Source: Planctomycetota bacterium | Lineage (GTDB): Bacteria; Planctomycetota; UBA8108; SXIK01 | NCBI GenBank assembly: GCA_965223845.1 | Contig: CBDCXR010000004.1 | Location: forward strand, 7,424,001 to 7,488,000 | Reading direction: 5' to 3' | DNA: 64,000 bases | Part shown: in pieces, positions 8,202 to 16,852 of the stretch | How the letters are laid out: every line of letters starts with the position of its first letter | Numbering within the stretch: the first letter of the stretch is position 1 | Made by a program: the position numbers and the translations under genes | The notes under the pieces: generated by a model | The model's input: the letters and a program-made list of their open reading frames with translations, nothing else | What the model was told of the DNA's origin: nothing | The model's database searches: none

Positions 8202-11200
8202 GTGGCCTTCGATTCAGAAATGATCTTCACCCGTCGTCGCTCCGGTGTCGGCTTGCTCGCGTTGCTCGCGCTCGTCGTGTCGGCAGCAGTTCCGATCCCA
8301 TCGTCGTACGCCGCCGAAAAGGTGAGATCGTACTCGTGCGGTGAGGAAGATCCGGATGGCGACATCGGCGAGGAAGTGATCGAGACGATCGATGAAACGA
8401 GTCCACCGACGCAGGATGCGAACGGCGATCCTGTCGAAGACGGGCAGGGCGAGTTCGTCTCGCTTCTCGGTGCCGGGGGACCGACTTACGTCGAGGGGCG
8501 TGACGGCGAAGGCAGTCTCGCGATCGACTTCGACGGCGTCGATGACGAGCTCACCTCGCCGGCGTTCGACCCGCGGAACTTCGGTACGTTCGCCTCTCTC
8601 AGTCAGGCTTGGGTGAGGCCGGACGCCGCGAAGCAGGGCACGCGGCAGGCGGTGTGGAGTCTCGGAAACGACAACGGGGGCGTGGGAATCACCGAAGACG
8701 GCAAGTGGGAAATGATCGCGGTCAGCATCATCCAAGACACCGCGTCGGACACCGACGTCGCGTTCGACGAATGGACTCACCTCGCGGTTCTTCGCGGGGG
8801 AAACGGCGCGGAGCTTTACGTCAACGGCGCTCTCGTCGCGTCGGGAGCGAACTTTTGGAACGGCATCGGACAGGTCTCCGTCGGCCGGAGAACGGCGGGT
8901 GATCCGTTCTACTTCGATGGCGCGATCGACGATTTCAATATCGCGGGCTTCTCCGACTTCGATTTCGATGCGTTTCGCGACATCGACTTTTTCGGGGGCG
9001 GGGCGAGCGATGTGGTCGGCGACGTCAATCAAGACGGAGTCGTCGACGACGTGGACTACGGGATTTGGGCTGAGAATGTCGGCTTCGACAACGAGCTCGG
9101 AGGTGGAGACGGCAACACGCTCCTCATGGGAGATGTCGACCAGAACGGACGCGTGAACTACTTCGATTTCCAGGTCATAGCTGCGGCAGCGGATGTTCCG
9201 ATCGCACCGGCTCTCGACGACTCCGGTGTGGTCGCGGTCGACGATTTCCTCAATCGGCAGCCGACGAAGGCGCTCGGTCCCGGTGGGGGATTCAATTTTC
9301 AAAACTACGACGGAGGGCGGGGAACCTGGACGGCGCCGTGGGTATCGGTCGGAAACGGAATCATCACCGGCGCGGACTTCGAGCCGCGGGAACGTCGCTT
9401 CATGGCGCTGACGACGACTGGACTCAGTGCGAACAACCTGTCTCGCGGATTCAGCGTGGAGGGACTCCCCGAGGACGAAACACTTTATTTCGCGGCGCGG
9501 TTTCTGATTCCGGAGGGCGGCTCGCCGCCCGGAAGTCTCATCCTCAATCCGGCGGGCGAGGAGTTTCAGGAGATCAGCATCGCCGTCGATCCGGCGACTG
9601 GATTCTCGATTACACTCGGCGAGATGATCGAGTTCTCGTTCGATCCGATCGAGATCGAGACGAACGTGCTGCACCAAATCGTCGGTAAGCTGGAGTTCAA
9701 CTCGGCCGGGGCGAACGAAGTGCTGAGCGCATGGCTCAACCCGGAGGATCTCGAAGACGGCGAGTTCGAGCTCATCACCGAATCGGATGTCGTCAACGGT
9801 CTCGAAGATCTCGTCGGGACGCTCACGCTCGACCGCGGTACGCAGGGTGGCGGGGCGCTCTTCTGGGACGACGTCGCGATCGGGACGAGTTGGGAGGCGG
9901 TCACGAATGTCGACATTTCGCGCCTCGCGCTTCGAGTCAATGCCGAGACGGGCGCGGTAAGCCTTGTCAACGGCACCCCCGACGACGTCGAGCTCAAGTA
10001 TTACGAGATCGCGTCGGAGGGCGGATCGTTGAGCGTGGACGGTTGGTCGAGTCTCGCGGAAGGCGGAGTCGACGGCTGGGCCGTGAACAGCCCGACGGCG
10101 AATCTGCTCACCGAGTCGAACTTCACCGGCGGGACGACGATCGCCGCGGGCGGCTCGATCGATCTCGGCATGCTGTACCAGACCGACAAGCCGCAGGATT
10201 TGGTCGCGAGGTACGCGACGACGCAGCTTCTCTTCAACGCGGCGCGCCTCGACCGCGACGAGGATGGGGTCTTCGACACGGTCGACAATTGCGCTGCGAC
10301 TCCGAACGCCGACCAAGCCGACGCGGACGACGACGGACTCGGCGACGTCTGTGACAACTGCCCCGAAGCGAGCAACCGCGATCAAGTCGATCTCGACGAG
10401 GACGGGGTTGGGAACGCGTGCGACGATGAAGTCGCCGACACCTACCGCGACTGGTCGCCGACGGGGTCCCAGGGCGAGAACAATATGTACTACGGCTACT
10501 TCGACGTGACGCAGGATCTTGCGGACGGCGGAGACGGCGTGTACGCGGCGGAGAAACTCACTCTGTTCCTCAACGACGAGTCGAACATCATCTCGGGGGA
10601 TGCCGCGCTCTGGCGGGAATCACCGAATCATTGGAACGGCAACGCGTGGGACATCACCTCCGCCGGCGCGCCGCCGTGGACATTTCTCGGCCGGCTGGAC
10701 CTGCACCCGAACGACCCGGATCCCGAAGCGGAACATTGGGTCGTGCGTCGCTGGGAGAGCGACCGGAGCGGGAACATCTCGATCCTCTGGCACATGCACC
10801 ACGAGAATGTGGCCTGCGGCGGAAACGGCGTCGGCGGGCTCCTCTATCACAACGATACGCTCGTCGACGAAGCGGCCGTCTCGAGTCCGTTCGAACCCGC
10901 GGTGACGCGAACCGTCGAGCTCACGGTCGGACGTGGCGACACGATCGACCTCGTTCTGAACGCGATCGGGCCGAACGGTATGAATGAGGACGACTGCGAC
11001 GGCTCGCAGAACTGGTTCCTCGTCACCTCGACCGACGCCGAACCGACGTTCAACCGCGGCGACGTCAACGGACAGGGAGCGACGCCCGTCGACATCGCCG
11101 ACGCGATCGGGCTTCTCAACCACCTCTTCGGCGACGCGCCTCCGCCGATCTGCGAAGACTCCGCGGATGCGAATGACGACGGAGCGATCAACATCGCCGA

Positions 11201-11333
11201 CGCCATCGGGATCCTGAATTTCCTCTTTTCGGCGGACGGACGTGAACCTCTCGATCCTGGGCCGTTCCGCCCCTGCGGGTCGGACCCGACACCGGACGAG
11301 CTCGGCTGCGCGGAGTACCTGAACTGCGAGTGA
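8202..11333 (+). CDS. Large secreted modular protein: LamG-like, internal dockerin, TSP type-3 repeats, C-terminal dockerin-like domain
   Basis: AAGGAGG RBS, signal peptide, FDGVDD..WTHLAV..LYVNG..FDGAIDD (LamG), GDVNQDGVVD, DNC..PNADQADADDDGLGDVCD, FNRGDVN..DANDDGAINIAD. Confidence 0.88.
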   Translation: MAFDSEMIFTRRRSGVGLLALLALVVSAAVPIPSSYAAEKVRSYSCGEEDPDGDIGEEVIETIDETSPPTQDANGDPVEDGQGEFVSLLGAGGPTYVEGRDGEGSLAIDFDGVDDELTSPAFDPRNFGTFASLSQAWVRPDAAKQGTRQAVWSLGNDNGGVGITEDGKWEMIAVSIIQDTASDTDVAFDEWTHLAVLRGGNGAELYVNGALVASGANFWNGIGQVSVGRRTAGDPFYFDGAIDDFNIAGFSDFDFDAFRDIDFFGGGASDVVGDVNQDGVVDDVDYGIWAENVGFDNELGGGDGNTLLMGDVDQNGRVNYFDFQVIAAAADVPIAPALDDSGVVAVDDFLNRQPTKALGPGGGFNFQNYDGGRGTWTAPWVSVGNGIITGADFEPRERRFMALTTTGLSANNLSRGFSVEGLPEDETLYFAARFLIPEGGSPPGSLILNPAGEEFQEISIAVDPATGFSITLGEMIEFSFDPIEIETNVLHQIVGKLEFNSAGANEVLSAWLNPEDLEDGEFELITESDVVNGLEDLVGTLTLDRGTQGGGALFWDDVAIGTSWEAVTNVDISRLALRVNAETGAVSLVNGTPDDVELKYYEIASEGGSLSVDGWSSLAEGGVDGWAVNSPTANLLTESNFTGGTTIAAGGSIDLGMLYQTDKPQDLVARYATTQLLFNAARLDRDEDGVFDTVDNCAATPNADQADADDDGLGDVCDNCPEASNRDQVDLDEDGVGNACDDEVADTYRDWSPTGSQGENNMYYGYFDVTQDLADGGDGVYAAEKLTLFLNDESNIISGDAALWRESPNHWNGNAWDITSAGAPPWTFLGRLDLHPNDPDPEAEHWVVRRWESDRSGNISILWHMHHENVACGGNGVGGLLYHNDTLVDEAAVSSPFEPAVTRTVELTVGRGDTIDLVLNAIGPNGMNEDDCDGSQNWFLVTSTDAEPTFNRGDVNGQGATPVDIADAIGLLNHLFGDAPPPICEDSADANDDGAINIADAIGILNFLFSADGREPLDPGPFRPCGSDPTPDELGCAEYLNCE

Positions 11334-11385
11334 GTCCTCGTTGCCTCGCGCTGCGCGTTGCGAGCACGTCGAGGTGAGGTAAAGA

Positions 11386-11431
11386 AACCGGGGGCAGGAT
11401 TCCACCGCGCGGCGGAGTCCTGCCCCCGGTT
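11386..11431. terminator. Long GC-rich hairpin between convergent genes (probable bidirectional terminator)
   Basis: AACCGGGGGCAGGATTCC (11386-11403) pairs with GGAGTCCTGCCCCCGGTT (11414-11431); flanked by A-rich and T-rich tails. Confidence 0.75.
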
Positions 11432-11460
11432 CTCATTTGGCGGTCAGAACGAAACGCCGC

Positions 11461-12939
11461 CTACAGCGACGACTCGCTGCACGCGAGGTCGTCGGGAGTG
11501 GAATCGTATCCACTCTCGGGGAACGGTGACGCGATCGTGCCGGATCCGACGAAGAGCGCGTTCAGGATCAGCATCGGATCGGCGATGTTGACGGCACCGT
11601 CGTCGTTCGCGTCCGCCGCATCCGCGCAGTACGGCCGCTCGCCGTCCGCGAAAAGGTGGAGGAGGACGAACAACGAGTCGCTGACGTCGAGGCTGCCGTC
11701 GTCGTTCGCATCGCCGCGGACGAAGCTCGCGTCGTGATCGCTGCCGATCGCGAGGAACGCGACCGCGGCTTCGTCTTCGCCGTCGGTACCGTCGCCACCG
11801 TCACCGGTGTCACCACCGTCACCACCGTCGCCACCGTCACCACCGTCACCACCGTCACCACCGTCACCACCGTCACCACCGTCACCACCGTCACCACCGT
11901 CACCACCGTCACCACCGTCGCCGCCGTCACCGTCTTCATCGTCGCTATGACACCACCAGCGGAAGCGGCGACCTTCCATCAGCTCGCCAAACGTACCCGC
12001 GAGGACGACGTTCTCGTCGCCGTCGACGACCGTGATCGCAGCGCCGACGAGATCGGCGATCGATTCGGCACCGAGAGGAAGAGCGTCGTCCCGCCACGTG
12101 GCGAGCTTGAGTGAACCGCGGCCGGAGAGACGCGCGGCGATCCACTCCCGGAATCGGCTGAAGCGCGCTTTGACCGCGCCGCTGATCACGACGTCACCGG
12201 ACTGTACGGAAAGACTACCTTCGCCGGCCTCGAGCGCCGCCAGCGCCGCTTCGTCGGTCGCGATGGCTCCGCTGAGTGCCGCGGGATCGAGATCGATCGC
12301 CGTCTCGCCGATATGAAGCGTCGCGGTGTCCACGCTTTCGAATCCGCGCACGTGAATGCTGTAGTGAAGCTCCGTTCGGTCGTCGTTCGCGACGAGCGAG
12401 GCGTAGCCGTGGGGGGCGTCGGAGTCGCCGTCGCGATCGCGGTCGCGCCAGCGGTTCAGCCAATCGCGCCAGCGCGACCAACGATCGCCGTCGTGCTCGT
12501 CGTCTTCCTCGTCGTCCTCACCCTCTTCGGCGGCGGCTTCACCCTCGCCGCCACCTTCACCACCCTCGCCGCCGTCGTCCTCAGGGAGCTTGAGTCGCGC
12601 GGAGAAGTGCCGCGCGGGCGGAAGCTCGCCCGTCCGCGTCGTGATCGTCCCGACACTCTCGCTCGCCTCGTCGTTCGCGACCCGTACATCGTACGTCGCG
12701 CCCGGCTCGAGTCCGCGCACGTGAACGTGCATCGCGGCGTGGTCGCCGATTGCGCGGAGGTGGCTTGCACCCTCGGCGTCTTGATTCGCCGCGTCGTCCG
12801 GGGGGCTCAGCTCGGCGAGACTGTGCAGACTGACGCACCCGCCTCCACCGTCGCGATCGTGGGCGTTCGCGACGTCCGAACTCAACATCAATACGAACGC
12901 GAGAACTCCCAGCCCCGAGAAACCAACTCGAAACACCAT
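11461..12939 (-). CDS. Secreted acidic protein with CHRD-like segment, (GGD)n linker and C-terminal dockerin-like domain
   Basis: AGGAG RBS before ATG 12939, signal peptide (..DVANA/H), FVRGDANDDGSLDVSD..DANDDGAVNIAD. Confidence 0.82.
   Translation of the reverse strand: MVFRVGFSGLGVLAFVLMLSSDVANAHDRDGGGGCVSLHSLAELSPPDDAANQDAEGASHLRAIGDHAAMHVHVRGLEPGATYDVRVANDEASESVGTITTRTGELPPARHFSARLKLPEDDGGEGGEGGGEGEAAAEEGEDDEEDDEHDGDRWSRWRDWLNRWRDRDRDGDSDAPHGYASLVANDDRTELHYSIHVRGFESVDTATLHIGETAIDLDPAALSGAIATDEAALAALEAGEGSLSVQSGDVVISGAVKARFSRFREWIAARLSGRGSLKLATWRDDALPLGAESIADLVGAAITVVDGDENVVLAGTFGELMEGRRFRWWCHSDDEDGDGGDGGDGGDGGDGGDGGDGGDGGDGGDGGDGGDGGDGGDTGDGGDGTDGEDEAAVAFLAIGSDHDASFVRGDANDDGSLDVSDSLFVLLHLFADGERPYCADAADANDDGAVNIADPMLILNALFVGSGTIASPFPESGYDSTPDDLACSESSL
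11782..11934. repeat. 9-bp coding tandem repeat (GTCACCACC)n encoding Gly-Gly-Asp
   Basis: 13 near-perfect units at 11809-11925 plus degenerate flanking units. Confidence 0.95.
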
Positions 12940-13195
12940 TCCAATCTCCTCGTTTAGACCAGAGACCCGAAGTAGGGGATGAAACCGCGCGCCCCGGGGT
13001 CGGTGAGTCCCGCGGCAGCGCTCGGCGGCGCCGGCCCGCGGAGGCCGACCTTTCGCCAGATACGGTAGCCCGCGGCCGAGGACGGAGTCAAAGTCGGAGC
13101 GGGAATTCTCGAGCGTTCGGCTCCGCGAAGGGGCGTCACGAGGCGGTGAACTCGCAAATCGGGGCGAGTCCGACCGGGAGTGGTACGATGCGTTC

Positions 13196-13993
13196 ATGTC
13201 CACGCGCCAAGGTCGACGCACGGCGGCGATTCTCTCTGCGGTGGGCGTCACGCTCGTCGCCGCCCTAGCCTTCGCCTACCGCGATCGAATCGCCGAGTCG
13301 TGGCATCTATCCCGTCTCGATGCGGAATCGGAGGCGAGGGAGCACGCGGCTCGGCGGCTCGGGGAAATGCGCTCGGCGCGCGCGGTCCCTCGTCTCGTCG
13401 AAATGCTCAAGGACGACGTCGGTCTTCGCCCGGGCGGGCAGATCGCCGGCACCCACCAAATTCCGCGGCGGGAGGGTCACTTCACGCTCGAGCGATTGCG
13501 GAGCGAAGTGTGGCGGACGTACTGGCCAGGTCAGGTTCTCGCCGAGATCGGCCTGGCGGCGGCTCCGGACCTCGCCGGGCTTCTCACCGACGAAGATCCA
13601 TTCGTGCGTCTGGTCGCAGTCGAGACGCTTTCGAGCATCGGAAGCGCGGCGCTTCCCTCGCTCGAAGAATTCTTCGAGCAAACTGGCGTACCGACCGCGG
13701 CGAAGATCCACGCGCTCTACGCCATCGAGGAGATGGCGCCGGCGGCGAGCGCGAAGGCAGTGCCGTTTCTCGTCGCGTGCGCGTCGACTCCGGGTACGAC
13801 GTCCGCGTTGGTTTCACGAGACGAAGCCGACGAGATCAGAGAGCACGCGGTCTTCGTCCTCGGCGAGATCGGCGAGACGGGCGCGGATGCCTCGCGGGCG
13901 ATTCCTGCACTCGAGGCGCTAGCGAACGACGTCACCGCCTCACCGAACCTGCGGCATGCGGCGGGGTACGCGCTCCTCAAGATTCGGCCGTAG
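13196..13993 (+). CDS. Membrane-anchored HEAT-repeat protein
   Basis: N-terminal TM segment; AARRLGEM..AVPRLVEML, VRLVAVETLSSIG, IREHAVFVLGEIG..AIPAL repeats. Confidence 0.85.
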   Translation: MSTRQGRRTAAILSAVGVTLVAALAFAYRDRIAESWHLSRLDAESEAREHAARRLGEMRSARAVPRLVEMLKDDVGLRPGGQIAGTHQIPRREGHFTLERLRSEVWRTYWPGQVLAEIGLAAAPDLAGLLTDEDPFVRLVAVETLSSIGSAALPSLEEFFEQTGVPTAAKIHALYAIEEMAPAASAKAVPFLVACASTPGTTSALVSRDEADEIREHAVFVLGEIGETGADASRAIPALEALANDVTASPNLRHAAGYALLKIRP

Positions 13994-14003
13994 CCGGAAC
14001 GAG

Positions 14004-14498
14004 CTACGACTGGGCTGCCTCGTAGGGCGAGAAGTGCTCGTGGGCGATCTTCCAGTCGTGCCCGACTCGGACGAACACCATGGTCGTGCGCAGCTCGCCG
14101 CGGACGGTTTCGTCCTCGACGACGGCCTCGTACCGGACGATGAACGTCGCGACCGCGGTTTCTCCGAAGACGTCGACCTTGAGGTCGTCGACCGTGGCGC
14201 GAAACGCATCGAGCCCGCCGATCGCGTTCCGCTCCGCGGCTCGCGTGACTTCGGCGTCTTGACGGCCGCCGCGGTCTCCGAACTTGCTGAACTTCGGCCC
14301 GAAGAAGTGGTACGCCTCGAGACGGTCGAGCTCCTTCCGTTCAGCCGAGGCGTAGATCTCGCGAATCGTGCGCGCGATCTCTTCCTGCTCGGCGGCAAAC
14401 TCAGCGTGGAGGATATCGGAGGACGTCAGGCTCTCGCATCCTGCGGTCGCGGCGAAGACGGAGAGACCGAGCAACGTGACGTGAAAACGGCTTCGCAT
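14004..14498 (-). CDS. NTF2/SnoaL-like (DUF4440-type) lipoprotein
   Basis: Lipobox TAGC; LKVDVFGETAVATF..RTTMVFVRVGHDWKIAHEHFS. Confidence 0.8.
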   Translation of the reverse strand: MRSRFHVTLLGLSVFAATAGCESLTSSDILHAEFAAEQEEIARTIREIYASAERKELDRLEAYHFFGPKFSKFGDRGGRQDAEVTRAAERNAIGGLDAFRATVDDLKVDVFGETAVATFIVRYEAVVEDETVRGELRTTMVFVRVGHDWKIAHEHFSPYEAAQS

Positions 14499-14634
14499 GG
14501 ATCGAGCTCGGACGAGCTGCCTAGATTCCCGAGGAAAGAACATCGTGTTCCAAACGAACGACCGGTGTTCCCGAGAAGAAGACGAGCGAAATTCCGGGCG
14601 ACTCAGCGCGCCGCGCGCGGTTCCTGGGAAAAAC

Positions 14635-14732
14635 TGGCGGGAGTGCATGGGAATCGAACCCACCTACGACGTTGTTCGCGCCGCACCAAGGATTTGAAGT
14701 CCCGGAGGTCCACCAGGAACCTACTCACTCCC
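14635..14732 (-). tRNA. selC: tRNA-Sec (anticodon UCA)
   Basis: GGGAGTGA..GGA-CTTCAAA-TCC anticodon arm, long variable arm, GTGGG-TTCGATT-CCCAT T arm, GCACTCCC-G-CCA end; 98 nt; selA is in the same window. Confidence 0.95.
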
Positions 14733-14749
14733 GCGGTCGTTCGACCGTG

Positions 14750-14778
14750 AGCCTACCACGGCATCTGGAGGCCTTCAA
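14750..14778 (-). promoter_or_regulatory. Sigma70-type promoter of tRNA-Sec
   Basis: Minus strand TTGAAG-N17-TAGGCT with TG extension, 17 bp upstream of the tRNA 5' end. Confidence 0.6.
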
Positions 14779-14946
14779 CGCGCGCGGTCGCCGCTAGGTT
14801 CGCCACCCGATGCGGACTCGTTCGGGAAGGGCTCGGTTCGAGTTCGGACGTTGATTCCGGACCGCGCGTGCGAGAGTGTTGCGCTCGCCTGATCTTCTGG
14901 GGAGGATCGGGAGGTTCTCCCCGTTCCGAGCTCGCTGCCAGAACCG

Positions 14947-16830
14947 ATGCGCAGACGCCAATCTTCTCTCGTCGCTCTCTCGATCGCGCTTTCGCTCAGC
15001 ACGCTTCCGGCGTGCAGTCCGAGTGCCGCGCTGTCGACGGATGACGACGCGCCCCGCTCGAGTGACCGCGCCGCGGAGACCGTTCGGGCGTCCGCGCCCG
15101 ATTCGGGTCGACTCCTCACCCTCGAATCGGCGCGAGCCTTGCTTGCGGCGATCCGAGCCGGCGCCCCGCGCGGCGCGCTCGATTCCGCCGGGCTTCCTCG
15201 TGAGCTCCGTGAGGATCGCGAGACGCGCGTCGTCGTTCTCTCGGCGAGCACGGGAAACGCCGCGCCGACGATCGCGGAGGGGGCGGGAGCCGGCTGGATC
15301 GCCGCGGTCGATGCGGCTCTCGGGGCGATGCCTGCGGACCGCCGGTCGACGCCGATGCGGTGGGTCAGGCTCGACGTCGTGACGGATCTCGGCGACGAGG
15401 AGATTCTCGGAGCCGGCTCGCAGTTCGCCCCGCTCGCGGGACTCGAAGGCATCGCTCTCCGGCAGCCGGTAGTCGCCCACATCCTTCCCGAGGAGCTTTG
15501 GGCGCAGCGCATACTCGATACGAAGGGGCGCTTTCACCGAAAGCTATTCAGCTACTACCTCACGTCCGGTCGCTCCGTGAGCGCCGGAGACGTCGCTTCG
15601 CTCGGCACCGAGCCGATTCGCGGCCGGCGCTTTCGCTCGACGTCGTTTTTCTTCGATGGCGAACGCGCGCAGCGTCTCTATCGCGGACGCGCGCCGCGGT
15701 CACGATTTACCGCGAGCGACCTCCTCGCCGCGGTGACTTCGGCCGGCGACTATCTCGCGCGTGCGACACGGGAGAACGGCAAGTTCGACTACAGCTACCT
15801 CCCGGGGCCGGACCGCGTCGAGTCCTCGTACAATTTGGTGCGACACGCGGGGACGATCTTCGCCCTTCTCGAAGTCGCTGCGGCGACACGGAGGAAGGAG
15901 TACGGCGACGCGGTCGAGCGGGCGATTCAGTATCTGCTCGCGCGGGTCCGTCGGTTCGGCAGCGCGGACGAACCCTTGACGCGCGTCGTCGTCGAGGGCG
16001 ACAAGATCAAGCTCGGCGGCGTCGCCCTCACGATCCTCGCGCTCACCGAATACTGGAAGGTGACCGGCTCGGATCGGTACAAGGGGCTTCTCGCGAGTCT
16101 CGCTCGGTACATCGGATCCGCGCAGAAACCGAGCGGCGAGTTCATCAGTCAGCTCTACTACTCGACGGGAAAGGCGCGCGATTGGACGTCCGAGTACTAT
16201 CCCGGAGAAGCGATCTTCGCGCTCTGCCGACTGCACGCGCTCGACGAGAACCCTGACTGGATCGACATCGCTGCGCGCGGCGCCGATTACCTGATCCTCG
16301 GTCGCGACAAGGGCGTCGCAACCCTCGATCTAATCCACGACCACTGGCTCCTCTACGGGCTCAACGAGCTCCACCGCTACCGCCCGGAAGAGCGCTATCT
16401 CACACACGCGTCGCGCATCGTGACTGCGATTCTCGCCGCTCAGCGTCCCGCCAACTCGAGTCTTCCCGATCTCCGCGGCGCCTGGGGGCGGCGTCCGCGA
16501 TCGACTCCGGCGGCGACGCGCGCGGAAGGGCTCCTCGCGGCGTATCGCTTGTTTCGTCGAAACGAGCGCGACAAGTTGGCCGATCGTATCCTCGACGCCG
16601 TGGCACTTACGACGGGATACCAGCTCGCGACCCAATTCACACCGCCGTCAGCGCTCTTCTTCCCGAACCCACAACGCGCGCTCGGCGGATTCGCGTGCTC
16701 GTTCGAGCGCGACGACATCCGGATCGACTACGTGCAGCACAACATCTCGGCCTTGCTCGCTCTTCGACGCGTCATGATCGACGAAAAGCGAGGCGAGCTC
16801 GGTGTTCCTTTCGTGCATCCGGATTTTTGA
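14947..16830 (+). CDS. Lipoprotein with predicted alpha/alpha-toroid (six-hairpin glycosidase-like) domain, function unknown
   Basis: Lipobox LPAC; GKFDYSY..YNLVRHAG, KLGGVAL, SEYYPGEAIFAL, DHW, GGF..IRIDYVQH motifs. Confidence 0.7.
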   Translation: MRRRQSSLVALSIALSLSTLPACSPSAALSTDDDAPRSSDRAAETVRASAPDSGRLLTLESARALLAAIRAGAPRGALDSAGLPRELREDRETRVVVLSASTGNAAPTIAEGAGAGWIAAVDAALGAMPADRRSTPMRWVRLDVVTDLGDEEILGAGSQFAPLAGLEGIALRQPVVAHILPEELWAQRILDTKGRFHRKLFSYYLTSGRSVSAGDVASLGTEPIRGRRFRSTSFFFDGERAQRLYRGRAPRSRFTASDLLAAVTSAGDYLARATRENGKFDYSYLPGPDRVESSYNLVRHAGTIFALLEVAAATRRKEYGDAVERAIQYLLARVRRFGSADEPLTRVVVEGDKIKLGGVALTILALTEYWKVTGSDRYKGLLASLARYIGSAQKPSGEFISQLYYSTGKARDWTSEYYPGEAIFALCRLHALDENPDWIDIAARGADYLILGRDKGVATLDLIHDHWLLYGLNELHRYRPEERYLTHASRIVTAILAAQRPANSSLPDLRGAWGRRPRSTPAATRAEGLLAAYRLFRRNERDKLADRILDAVALTTGYQLATQFTPPSALFFPNPQRALGGFACSFERDDIRIDYVQHNISALLALRRVMIDEKRGELGVPFVHPDF

Positions 16831-16852
16831 CGTCACCATCCGCTCGCACGAT

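Noticed and set aside
11782-11934. Tandem repeat as a possible CRISPR array
   Set aside because: 9-bp in-frame units without spacers; no cas genes.
12950-13110. GC-rich structured 5' leader of the 11461..12939 gene
   Set aside because: Helices are plausible by chance at this GC content and no riboswitch consensus was recognised.
14500-14950. tRNA-Sec as an island integration site
   Set aside because: No integrase, no duplicated tRNA 3' end noticed, no obvious compositional shift.
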